A DNA stretch of 64,000 bases. Source: Azolla caroliniana (Eukaryota > Plantae > Polypodiophyta). The first letter of the stretch is position 1; the number at the start of each line of letters is the position of its first letter. A model generated the notes under the pieces. The model saw only the letters and a program-made list of their open reading frames with translations. It made no database searches and was not told the origin of the DNA. The position numbers and the translations under genes are program-made. The stretch spans positions 5,146,001 through 5,210,000 of the forward strand of contig JBHGNT010000006.1 of assembly GCA_043228905.1 (NCBI GenBank), in the 5' to 3' direction. This document shows, piece by piece, positions 45,059 to 56,864 of this stretch.

Positions 45059-47593
45059 CCGACTCTAGGGAGCTCGGTATTTTACAGAACTTGATCTCCG
45101 TACTAGCTACCATCAAATTCGTATAAGTGAGGACGATGTTCCAAAAACGGCATTTCATACGCGCTATGGCCATTATGAGTTTTTGGTTATGCCTTTTGGT
45201 TTGACCAATGCTCCGGCTACATTTCAATAAGAAATGAATGACATTTTCCGAGAACAACTTGGAAAATTTGTTGTTATTTTCTTGGATGATATTTTAGTTT
45301 ATAGTCGTACATTACAAGAACATGTTAAACATGTCCGCTTTGTTTTACAAACATTGCGTGACAAACAATTTTATGCGAAGATCTCAAAATGTGTGTTCTT
45401 CAAGAAATCAATTACTTATCTTGGACATCTCATAACCGAACGAGGAGTTGAAATTGATCCTTCTCGTATCAAGAAAATCAAGCTTTGGCCCACTCTTCGG
45501 AACATTAGAGAAGTTCAATCATTCATTGGTTTTGTCGGGTTTTTGCGAAAATCCCTTCGTAATTACTCCCAATTGACGACGCCGTTTACTGATCTTCTAA
45601 AAGGTCAAACACGTAAGTCTACAAAACCTATTGTCTGGAATGCTACACTAGACCTCGCCTTTAAGGAACTCAAGGACCTTGTGTGCAAGGCTCCTTCACT
45701 TCTTTTACCTGATCCATCAAAACCTTTTGAGGTTGAAACCGATGCAAGTGATTATGCTATAGGTGCTATCTTATATCAACATGGTAAACCAATAGCATTC
45801 GAGAGTAAGAAACTTGATTCTGCTCAATGTCGGCATACCGTTCAAGAAAAGGAATTATTTGCAGCTATACATGCGCTCAAAACATGGCGCCATTATCTTT
45901 ATGGAAATCGCTTTGTGGTAACTACGGACCACAAGTCCTTGAAATATTTTTGTGACCAACAAGACCTGAAAGGTCGTAAGGCACTATGGGTTGATCTCAT
46001 CCAAGACTTTGATTTTTCCATACGATATCATAAAGGTTCCATGAATACTATCGTTGATGCACTAAGTCGCATCCATGAAGTTAACATGCTTAGCTTCACT
46101 GAAATATCATCAGATCTTTATGATCACCTTCAAGGAAAGTATCCTGATGACAGTTATTTTGCAAAGTATTGGGCAAGAGTTTAGTCTAGAATAGACACCA
46201 CCACATCCTTGAAGGAATACTTCCACATTGCTAACGGTCTGCTCTACCGTAATGGGAAGGTTTGTGTTCCAGATTTGCCTTAGGTCAAAAACAGAATTCA
46301 TTTTTAATGCCATGATGCACCCTTAGCAGGGCACCTTGGAATACATCGCACACTCGTTCTCGTCTCCACTCAATTCTATTGGCCTAAGATGCGCCTTGAC
46401 ATACATAGCTATGTGACTAAATGTCACCAATGTCAGGTTAACAAAGTCGAGCGACTTAAAGCCGCAAGACTTATACATCCCTTGGACATTCCCAATAATA
46501 AGTGGGAGAGTATATCCATGGATTTTATTGTTCCTCGCACCCAAAAAGGCCATGATGCCATCTGGGTTGTGGTTGATAGACTAACTAAAATGGCCAGATT
46601 TATTGCTACTAAAACCACGGTAAAAACTCCTGATTGTCTTACCAATTCGTTGACGAGTTATTTCGTTTTTATGGGTTACCGATGGATATCGTGAGTGATC
46701 GAGATCCAAAGTTTATTAGTGACTTCTGGACGCAAGTCTTTAAGAAGTTAGAAACTGCGTTGAGCATAAATTCCACGGATCATCCTCAATCTGATGGACA
46801 AACAGAACGAGTAAATCAAATTATTGAGGACATGCTTCAAGCATATGTTGGTACAAAACCAACAAAATGGGAACGGTATCTCCCAATTTTGGAGTTTGCT
46901 TATAACAGCTCCAAGCATACGTCGACGGGATATAGTCCTTTTATGTTGATGTATGGTTTTCAGCCACGAGCCCTGATTGCTGTTAATATACATCATGATG
47001 AGTTGCGAAGTACGCAAAACTTTCTTCGGGATATGCAAGATATGTTGCATATTGCACGAGATAATATAAAAACAGCTCAAGATAGAGTGTGTTTTTATGC
47101 CGATCATCATAGGCAACCTCGTGTATTCAACCCTAGACAGAAAGTATTTTTACGTGTACCTCACAATTCTAAGACATTGTCTACGGGTAAGTGCGCTAAG
47201 TTAGCCCCACAGTTTTGTGGACCTTTTACAACCCTCAAACGCATTGGGTCATCAGCCTATCGTCTCGCTCTTCCCGAAGGTGTTGAAATTCATCCAATCT
47301 TCCATGTGAGTCATCTAAAAGAACTTCTAGGTTCTTGCGACAATATAGTTACAACTGAAACTCTGGTTACTTCTGAAGAATTATCTTCTAAACCACATGT
47401 ACCAGAAAGAATTCTCGATGTTAAAACAAAAAAATTACGTACTAAAGAAATCCGAGAATTTAAAATAAAATGGATGGATAAATCAATAAAAAATGCCACA
47501 TGGGAACGCGAAAATACTCTCAGAACTAACTTCCCTAACTTTCCATTGCAAGAGTGCAATGTTTTAAAGAGGGGGAGTATGTTACGGGCATGA
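45059..47593 (+). pseudogene. pol: Chromovirus pol (RT-RNase H-integrase-chromodomain), decayed
   Basis: [43 protein letters not shown], and a C-terminal chromodomain PERILD...FKIKW...ATWE. Several stops and frameshifts. Confidence 0.92.
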
Positions 47594-48017
47594 CCATATA
47601 ATATTCCGTGGTAAGAATTTACCGTAGTATTCTATACACGTGGATAAGTGTGAGGGTTAAACGAGAGTATAAAGAAGGAGAGGATTACTTTTAATCCTCG
47701 GGATTGAGACAACCCATTAGGCCAAGTGTGAACTTGCATGGGGGGCTTGGGTATCGCTATAAATAAGAGGCCTAGCTACCCTCATTTGATCATCTTGTTG
47801 ACTACGTCGAGACTCTGTCTTGTGGAGGGTCAACTCTTGTAGTGAGCGCGCCAGCACCAAGTACGACTCGACGCCACGGTGGTGGTATGGGATGCCGATG
47901 GAGGCTCGAGTCCGTTTCAATCCCTTCGCTCGGGGGTAGTCAGGGGGATCGGCACCCTTCTTTCTCTCTCTCCTTTCTATCTATCTATCGATATTCTATC
48001 CTTATCTAATGCTTACA
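47580..48017 (+). repeat. Probable 3' LTR of the chromovirus
   Basis: Follows PPT AAGAGGGGGAGTA. Starts TGTTAC, has CTATAAATA, ends TTACA. The partner LTR is not in the window, so the end is tentative. Confidence 0.65.
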
Positions 48018-48019
48018 TT

Positions 48020-48345
48020 AGTCTATGTCTCCAACATATGCAACATGTGGAAGTTTATCAGATGCATATAAACTGTTCGATGTGCTGAGATCCCTCAAGG
48101 TGGGCGTCGATCACATGGCTTTACATGAAGGCATGTTCATACATGCTGAAATCATGGATCGAGGCATACAAAATGACCTCTATACCATAATGCTTTGCTT
48201 GTGTTTTACGTTGAATATGGAAAATAGAGGATGCTTGGTCATTGTAAATGCGGTGGTATATTGGATGTATATAAAGTTTGTCAAGGATTAGATGTCTCAA
48301 AGGTGGTATCTGGATATGTTGAATATGAACATGATGAGGAAGATT
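48020..48345 (+). pseudogene. PLS-type pentatricopeptide-repeat gene remnant
   Basis: Translation YATCGSLSDAYKLFDVL...ALHEGMFIHAEIMDRG resembles plant PPR motifs. Highly degenerate. Confidence 0.5.
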
Positions 48346-51071
48346 GATTTGCTCTGAGCATATGCAAATTCATGGTATGTTTCAACTATTGAGGAAGTGC
48401 TCAATCAAGTCTATAAAACGAAGGATTCATGGCTAGCCATGGCTTACACAAGATAGGTTGGGGAAGGATAATCACTTCCTTTCCATCATTTTGTATTTTG
48501 TAGCTGATATGCTTTTTAAAACTAATGGAATGATATGTTTTCTAAATAATAATAATAGTAACTAAGTATTGTGTGTATGTGTGAGTAGTCCACTTTTAAA
48601 TGGCACTTTGGAATGTTCTTCGCCCTATCTAAGAAGGGAGGGCAAAAATATTGTAAGGTTTTTACATGCAATTAATTAATTTAATTGTGTGGTTTGGAGA
48701 GAGAGAGAGAGAGAGAGAGTAACATCAATAAATCCTCTCTATTAATGAATAAATATTTCCCCTTTTCTTTATAGTGGATATTAGGTAACCTTTCATAGGC
48801 CTCTTGGCACAACCTCTTTCATGAATCATGCTCAAAATCAGGAATTGCATAGAACATAAACACAAATGGTCATTAATTACATGGTGGGTTCTATCTATTA
48901 ATTACACACAACTCCTATACTTGTTCACCTAACATAATAATGACTAAGTTTGAGGTTACTATTCTTAGCCTACATAGTTACTCTTAAAATAGCTTGGAAT
49001 GCCATTGAGACGACTCACATATGGTATAAAAACCCAAAACATCTAGGATATTCTACTTTACATAATTTTGGAAATGCCAATTATTTGGGGATTATTTTTT
49101 CTCTATGCTCTCAAGTTGCTCTTTTCTATAACTTTCACCCAAAGTCCTAAATGAAAGAATGACTCAATTCCATTCATGCTCCTATGGTTTCTAGCATGAA
49201 CTCTTCCCCTATCTTCATCCTTGTCAATATATATCATACCTCTAGTCTTTTACCATTACATTTATTGTCTTTTCAGTTTGAATAGCCGCTTTAAAATAAA
49301 TAACGGTTTTGTCTACAAAAACTATTATTATCACGATCACCACTTATCTCCTCATTCATCTAACCCTTGACTCAACAACTTGTTCATTGAATCATCCATT
49401 GTGCTTTGCTCTTTGCATGTCCAATTGTGCTTGTATCATTTGGTGTCTTACATTTATTCTCATATGCTCATCAACTTTGTTACACATCCAATCTTATACA
49501 CACTCCCACTTGACTCCATTTACAAATCAACTTATGATTTGCTTGTTCTAAGAGTATGGAGTTCCCTAGTTGTTCAATCCACAATAACTCACCAAAGTAT
49601 GTGATTGAAGTATTCCCTTGTGCCATGTCCTTTGAGACCTTTCGTTTCTCCAGGGTCATATTCATGTAAGTGGTTAAAGTATTGGTTTACAAGGTCGAAT
49701 TTTCTATCGTCCTCTCTTTATGGCATTGCAATAATGGGTTGATTGTCAAGTCTCTTTTTGGATTCATTTCATCCCAACCATGATATTTGTTCTCCTCTCT
49801 GGATACTGCTAGAATCGTACAAGTGGCTGACACATTAGTCTACAAGTTCGCACTTTGTGTCCTTTGCTATTTCTTGGATTGTTGGTGATTGTCGGTTGTC
49901 AAGTCATAAATTTAAGGGAAACCCACGCTCAATCCTTCCCATGGGCTAGCTTGTGTCTCATAGATCACAATTAGTCTCTAGTGGATGTTAAAAAAGACAT
50001 CTATCTATCCTCCCAACAATATAGGATACTAGTTGTTGCTTTCTTATTTGTGTGAATTCGGTAATTTTTTATTTCTACATGTATCGAACCTATGAAAATG
50101 TTGCACCCCTTGATGAGGAGACAATTGCAACAAGTTATAAAAAGTTAAGATATAAAAAGATAGGGGCAAGCTTCTCTCTTCCTCTTTTTTCTTAGTTCAT
50201 TCTTAATTTTCTTTGTCTTCTTCTTCTATGATGGGAATCATCACATCACCATGCACCACTTTACCTGTAGCTTCAATTCGTCTGCCTCATTATGATCATG
50301 GCCATTTTGTTACATGGTCACCATGTGTTGAAGGGGTGGTGTCATGATTGTATCCATGGTAGAAAAAGAGACACCAAGATAAATGAATCAAACCAAATTT
50401 TCCTATTGACTGTAGCCTTTTATAGGCTTCTTAGAAAGTTTGTATTTGATAACTTTAAATGCACTTTATTTTTTTATTTTATTTTTCCCAAGGATGGTTT
50501 ATATTATGTCTAAAGTGATTTAAATGATACATAGACACTTCCAAATATCCTAAACAACTTTAGCATGGATTCTTACCCTTTTCAAGTGCTCTTAGGATGC
50601 CATAGACATACATATCTCCCAAAGCATTGTTGAGTATAGTACAACATGTTTTTCTAGCATTTCCTTGTCAATGATCTCCTCATGAACTTCCTTTCCATTA
50701 TCAACTACTTAATTTTACATTCAAGTCTAAAATATAGTGCCCTTACTTTTGCACATTTTTAAGTTAGAAGTACACTTCATTTAGGAAATACCACAAACAT
50801 AAAGTTGTACAAAAATGAAGCATCATTCCAAAATATATAAGAGTGACAATACCTTCCATGTATTAGGAAAGAGTGAATGAGATTAGAGAACATCGCTAAT
50901 ACTAGATTATACCCAATTAGTCCTCATTATATTACAGTCATAGTTCTAGCCATATGTCCCATTCGTGCCATACTCATACGCCAATATTCATATCATACTC
51001 ATACGTGAAAAGGCTCCGAGTATGATTGAAATCCACACACGATACATAGATATATACATACGGTGTACATT

Positions 51072-51117
<46 letters not shown>

Positions 51118-51118
51118 G
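51072..51118. repeat. (TG)n(AG)n compound microsatellite
   Basis: Direct reading. Confidence 0.9.
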
Positions 51119-51543
51119 TCTTCTTCTTCTGTTATGCGTTTTTGGTGACTGAATTGCTATTGGCCATGGGCCATGGCAGAAGCTCCTCCTCCTCCACACC
51201 CCCAACCCCAACCCCAACCTCTCCGAATCCATTTGAGCCAACCACCACGTGATCAAACCCCATTGATCGTCTCTTGCCATGCTAAGCGGGATCCATGTTA
51301 TGGATGTTTTTAGAGCTGCCATATCCCGGCCAGTTCTTCCCAAGAGTATTGCCCTCACCATTATGCAAGATGCTATGAAACCTCAGAAACAAACTGATCT
51401 TCACCAATATGGGAATCAACTTTTGGAAAATGGTATTTGAACCCTATTTCGCACTTCTCAAAATTATGTTTGACTCCTCACTGCTTAGACTTTAGTTTGC
51501 GATGAATATCAGGAAAAAAAAACGAATGTCGCATATCATAAGC

Positions 51544-52392
51544 TGTCGTGGGAAATTCAAGCTACGGGGAAAGAGGTAACCGAATGCGCATGAACAAGGG
51601 AGTGCAAAGATGCACACGAATATGCTTATGTATAAAAACGTGTAAATAACGTAGGATTAGTAAGTACTAGGGACTAGGTTTAATAGATACTTTAAGTGTT
51701 CGCACGGATAGAGTGGAATATGGGAGTTTGACACGAGGAGATTGAGGAGAATCTCTGTCCGAAGCGGCTGAATTAACTATCCGATGTAACAACCCTCACT
51801 CTCTCACCTTGATCTATAAAAAGGAGGAAGAGAGGACTAGACGGGGGGATCATGTTTTGGGAAAAGGGAAGTGTTGTCGGTCTGGGAATCGGGCTCTCGC
51901 TCTCTGTCTTTGAGTCCTCAATGGACATTCTGTTTGGCGGGACGCCTTTGCTCGCTTAGGAAGCCCGTGTGCTCCCGACAGAGGCTCCCTGTTGTATCGT
52001 GGTGCGCGTGTGTGTGTTGTTCGCCGAGCTCGTAGCTCAGCTCCCGACTAAGCCGGTTGTAATCTGATCAATTCTAATTGTTTGTTGGTATTCCTCATTG
52101 CATTACTCGTGTGTTACTCTATTGCCGGTCGAGCCGGTTGTGGCCAACGCTATCCCCCGGTCTAACGCTTCTAGTTGCCGACGTTCATCGTACTCCGATT
52201 CTTATTCTCCTTCTCATCCTTCTTCTTTTACGATCCTTGGTTCGAGGCCCCCACGGTCCCGCCTAGCTTCACACGCATACGCGGATTTACGCAACAACAC
52301 GAACATGTGCAAACGTTCGCATATGTCCACCAAGTTGGACGTACGCCCGCGGTCCCGCCTAGCTTCACACGTATACACGGAATTACGTGACA
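51544..52392 (+). mobile_element. Old solo LTR I of the tRNA-Trp family, with a duplicated 3' end
   Basis: Starts TGTCGTG. Has CTATAAAAAGG, GCCCGTGTGCTCCCG, CCGGTTGTAA and the U5 box CCCCCACGGTCCCGCC. Ends GTGACA. Flanks AAGC/ACGC. Confidence 0.75.
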
Positions 52393-52984
52393 ACGCGAAC
52401 ATGTGCAAACGTTCGCATACGTCCACCAAGTTGGATGTACGCGAATATTAGGAACTATGATTACGGTAGCTTCATGAACATTAAAAACAAAAATGATTAG
52501 TTATCAAACATTAAAAACAATAACAACATTGATAACGAAATCTTAATTATAAAAGCGTACTATTAAAGTAGAAAACAATAGATGATTTAATAACAATATA
52601 AACTTGATATTGAAACCAAAATGTACACGTAATATATGCAAGACATTCTTACAATTTGTTTTTTTAAAGATTCGCCTTGGTATTAATGGAAATATGCCCA
52701 AAGGCTACAAAGAACTCATAAAGGAAAACATAATCATGATACCCTTATCAACCAACATGTCGAATAACAAAAGCCCCCACACAACTACCTTAGCAATTGC
52801 ATTTACACATCTAAAATATGGGTCCTTCCGAGACAAGGGTCGGAAAAAGCCATCTTGGTGGAGCATATCTCCACTTTATTCTGTCCCCAAAATAGGTGAA
52901 GGCCCCTGCCTTTTTCCACATTTGTCTAAATGTTGTTGCTAACAAAACACAACATCAAGTTCACCGATTATTGATTTATATTGA

Positions 52985-54486
52985 CCTCTTAGAGTATGCA
53001 AAAACATATTTAGCCCAAATGAAATGGTTAGACATCTTGGCTATCCATTGGGATGGAATGCAATAGGGAAAGGAAAGGTTGAATGGGTTCTGCAAAAAGT
53101 GAGACAAAAACTAAGCTATTGGAAGATTGCAACATGCCTGCTCCATGTCAGGTTGTGGATAGTGCAATCTATATTCATGGCTTACATGCAGTATTACTTA
53201 ATTATGATTGATTGGCTGAAACACATGATACAAAAGATTAACTAAAAAATCATGCAACATGCCCGCTCCATGTCAGGTTGTGGATAGTGCAATCTATATT
53301 CATGGCTTACATGCAGTATTACTTAATTATGATTGATTGGCCGAAACACATGATACAAAAGATTAACTCAAAAATCATGCAACATGCCCGCTCCATGTCA
53401 AGTTGTGGATAGTGCAATCTATATTCATGGCTTACATGTAGTATTACTTAATTATGATTGATTGGCCGAAACACATGATACAAAATATTAACTCAAAAAT
53501 CATAAGCAAATTTTGGTGTTCCAAGTAGTTGCATAAAGGTGTGTGACTCCTATCACTAAAGAAGATATGCACTCCATGATTGTGTGGAGGGCTAAATATT
53601 CTTAATTTGTAGTTGCATATGTTGGCTAGAAAAGCTACTTTACTGCCAAATTTTGTTGAACAAACATTGCCTTGGGCAAGAATGCTATCATATATGTTTG
53701 ATAATTTGAAAACCAAGTCATTTGGCTCATGGGATACTAACCATTGGGATGTAGTGTTTGGAAAGCTTGAGGAGCACATCAAAGGTTGCTTGTTTAGCTC
53801 AAAGCTTCTAAAGCACTGGAAGGAAGTATTGCACCATATAAAATGGAGAGGCAGGAATTCAAAACCAAGGAACTCTTTACACCTCGAAAGCTTACATTGG
53901 AGTGTTATATTCCCACGATCACTAGTTGAACAAGAACCTAGGAAAACTTATTTTTTCACAGGTGTGCTCCCGACTAGGTAGAATGTTCAAAAGTGATCAA
54001 TAGCCTCACCGCATTGTGCAAGATGTGGTGGACGATTGGAAACAATCCCACACTTATTATGGGCTTGCTCATTCACTACAACATTAGTACAAAGTTTAAG
54101 TGCATCTCTTTCTCACAGATTTCCTGGCCGAAGGTTTGGGAAACACTTTTGGCTATTTGGACAAATTCTGTGCGCCCTATCAACAATGCCAATTTTCTCC
54201 AATGGACAAGATTTTGGGCACTCTGGACCATTTGGATGGCCTGCAATAATAAGGTCTTTGATCGAAACCAATTGCATGAAGTTAGTTTCTATAAGCAATC
54301 CCTCAAGCAATCTCTATTAGATTGTCTACAACTTAGATATGTCACACTCCAAATTTACGTTCTTTAATTTAATTGCTTCTAAACTCTTTAATGTCTAATC
54401 GACACTTGTATATTTCTCTTTATTCTTTGTGGGTTTCACCTCACTTTGAGGTTTCCCATTAGTAATAAGAGTGTTACTAAAAAAAA
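52985..54486 (+). mobile_element. 5'-truncated decayed L1-like LINE (ORF2 C-terminal region)
   Basis: RHLGYPLG, KVRQKLSYWK, GGLNI and zf-RVT-like ETIPHLLWAC motifs. Ends in an A-tract at 54479-54486. Confidence 0.75.
53128..53503 (+). repeat. Tandem triplication, 3 x 125 bp, within the LINE
   Basis: The unit TGCAACATGCC... starts at 53128, 53253 and 53378. Confidence 0.93.
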
Positions 54487-55434
54487 TGCAGAAACATCAA
54501 CCATATCTCCTTGACTAACACAACCGTATTTTGTTTGACGTTCTAAAATAGACATTTACATCTTGCCGAAAGAATCGTTCAACGAAACAGACTGTTTTTA
54601 TGTAGCAGCTAGCGCGAGAGTGATATCGATTGATTTCATTAGACTGGGACGACCCTCTCCTTATTCACTCCCATTCCTTTCAATCTCGTTCTCTCTAAAC
54701 TATATCCCTTTTTATCTTCTATCTTCTCTTGTTTTTGCCCATTTCCGTTAGTTTCAGGCTTGTTCCAATCCACAATCTTTTGATTGTGGATTGGAACTCG
54801 TGCGCAAGGTGTCGGGAATTGGAATGTGCCACAAACAAACGATGGATAATTAGGATTTGAAAGATGAGTTGGAGAAATCTAAGCCATAAGCGAGGGTTGA
54901 TAATCATCCCTCATATTAGAAATTCTTAGATTCTTTAGGTTACCCAAAGGGACGGACTAATGTGAGGTTGAAAGGTTCATCATGGGAAGTAATACCCAAA
55001 CTAGTTTGGTAGATTTGTATATTATTTTTTATATGATAGACATATATCACACTTAGTTTAGTAGATTTGTATATTATTTTTTATATGATAGTTTAGTTCA
55101 ATATCCGTTGAACAAGTAGATAAAAGGAGTAGATCAAGCAATAAGACATATAATGAAGTCAATATTTTCATTGATACCATGTCACAATGGAAGAATAATG
55201 TACTTGGAAGCCTCGATATAAGCACTAGGACGACATGGTTGATATCTTATGCATTTTGTTATATAATGTGGGGACACTGAGACAACCCATGCAAGAATGC
55301 TAGTTAGATTTTAGAGTTTAGATTCAAAGCCTAGTGTAGATTTTTAGCAATTCCAAAAGGCATGGAATAGGAGAGAGTGGAGGTAAAACTAATACAACAA
55401 TTAGGGTTTTTAGGTTAAATTAACTCTTTAATAT

Positions 55435-56864
55435 TGTGGTGTGCATGTGTTCCTTTGTGCCACCCTTTTAGCTCGCCCTTTTTAGGATGCACATACCCAA
55501 GTTGACCTACCCTTTTAGCACACCCTTTTTAGGATGTGTGTGCCCAAAATGACCCACCCTTTTAGCACACCCTTTTTAGCCAGCCCAACCCAAATGGGTT
55601 CCGTTGTATCAACTATAAATTGATTAAGAAGTAAGAAGCTAAGGAGATTGGTTTTGATCTCTTATGTGCATTTCACATATTGGTGGAGATGACGGGTACC
55701 AGCCCCCACATCCAAGCATCCACCTCTTCCGCTTCGTAGGTAGCATCGCCCTCACCACTGTCACCGACACTCTTGTCAGTCTCTTGTAGTAGTATCTCTT
55801 CCATTAGCACCGCCTTAGTTCACTAGTTAGGCCTCCCGACATCCATCACTTCCTCCATCCAAGTCTTTTTTTGCGATCACCATCTAGACCTCTCTAGCAT
55901 GCAAGCCCACTACACCTTCACCTTAGACACTCTCACTTTCTCACACCACTTTTATGTCTTGCCCCACCAACTCTTCCCCCTCACCTTAGGTTGCCCACTA
56001 ACTTCTTGTCCCATGAGTTTCTCTGATCCCCCTCCTACACAATAGCCTTCCTGTCCCCCACCTCAGCCAAGTCCATGGTGACCCTCAGTCCACAGGAGCG
56101 ATTGATCTTCGCCGCCATATGTTCTTTCCTCGATCCCCCTCCGACACGATAGCTCTCTTGTCCCCCACCTCAGCCAAGTCCAGGTGGCCCTCAGTCCACA
56201 GGAGCGATTGATCTTCGTTTCCATATGATCTTTCCTCGATAGCCCTCATGTCCCCGTGGCCCTCAGTCCACAGGAGTGATTGATCTCTATTCGCCGATTG
56301 ATAGCTCGTTTTTCATCACTAGCCTCGTCCAACTATCAAGGCCAACAGTTCCACGGGGATGTCCTCAACGTCGTTGCAACTCAACTACGTGTCCGTAGAT
56401 GTTTGCATCCCCACACCATCTTCACCGAACGCCTCAACAAGACCCTCAAACACGAGATGGTTGCATAAATCAACCCTTTTCGAGCACTCTATGAGCGTAA
56501 CCCTCGCCTCGCACTAGAATCATCCATGGATTTCCATTTGAAACCTGCCATTAGATGCTCCCCCTCCTTCGACAAGCCAATGTTCTTGTTCTTGTTCTTG
56601 TTCTTGTTCATGTACTTGTCCTGTTCTTGTTCATGCCCCTCAATCTCTTGTTTCTCGCAGGGGGGAAATGTGGTGTGCATGTGTTCCTTTGTGCCACCCG
56701 TTTAGCTCACACTTTTTAGGATGCACGTACCCAAGTTGACCCACCCTTTTAGCACGCCCTTTTTAGCCAAGCCAACCCAAATGGGTTCCGTTGTATCAAC
56801 TATAAATTGATTAAGAAGTAAGAAGCTAAGGAGACTAATTTTGATCTCTTATGTGCATTTCACA
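55435..56864 (+). mobile_element. Small non-autonomous LTR element (TRIM-like), tRNA-Ala-like PBS
   Basis: TG...CA LTRs 55435-55677 and 56669-56864. PBS TGGTGGAGATGACGGGTA at 55681. PPT CAGGGGGGAAA. Integrase-like remnant TERLNKTL. Internal ~80-bp tandem repeats at 56020-56290. Confidence 0.85.

Noticed and set aside
48400-51500. Short ORFs in AT-rich intergenic DNA
   Set aside because: No recognisable motifs or splice structure. Probably decayed repeats or intergenic sequence.
53128-53503. CRISPR-like array (also considered for 52251-52442 and 56020-56290)
   Set aside because: These are plain tandem duplications without unique spacers, in eukaryotic DNA with no cas genes.
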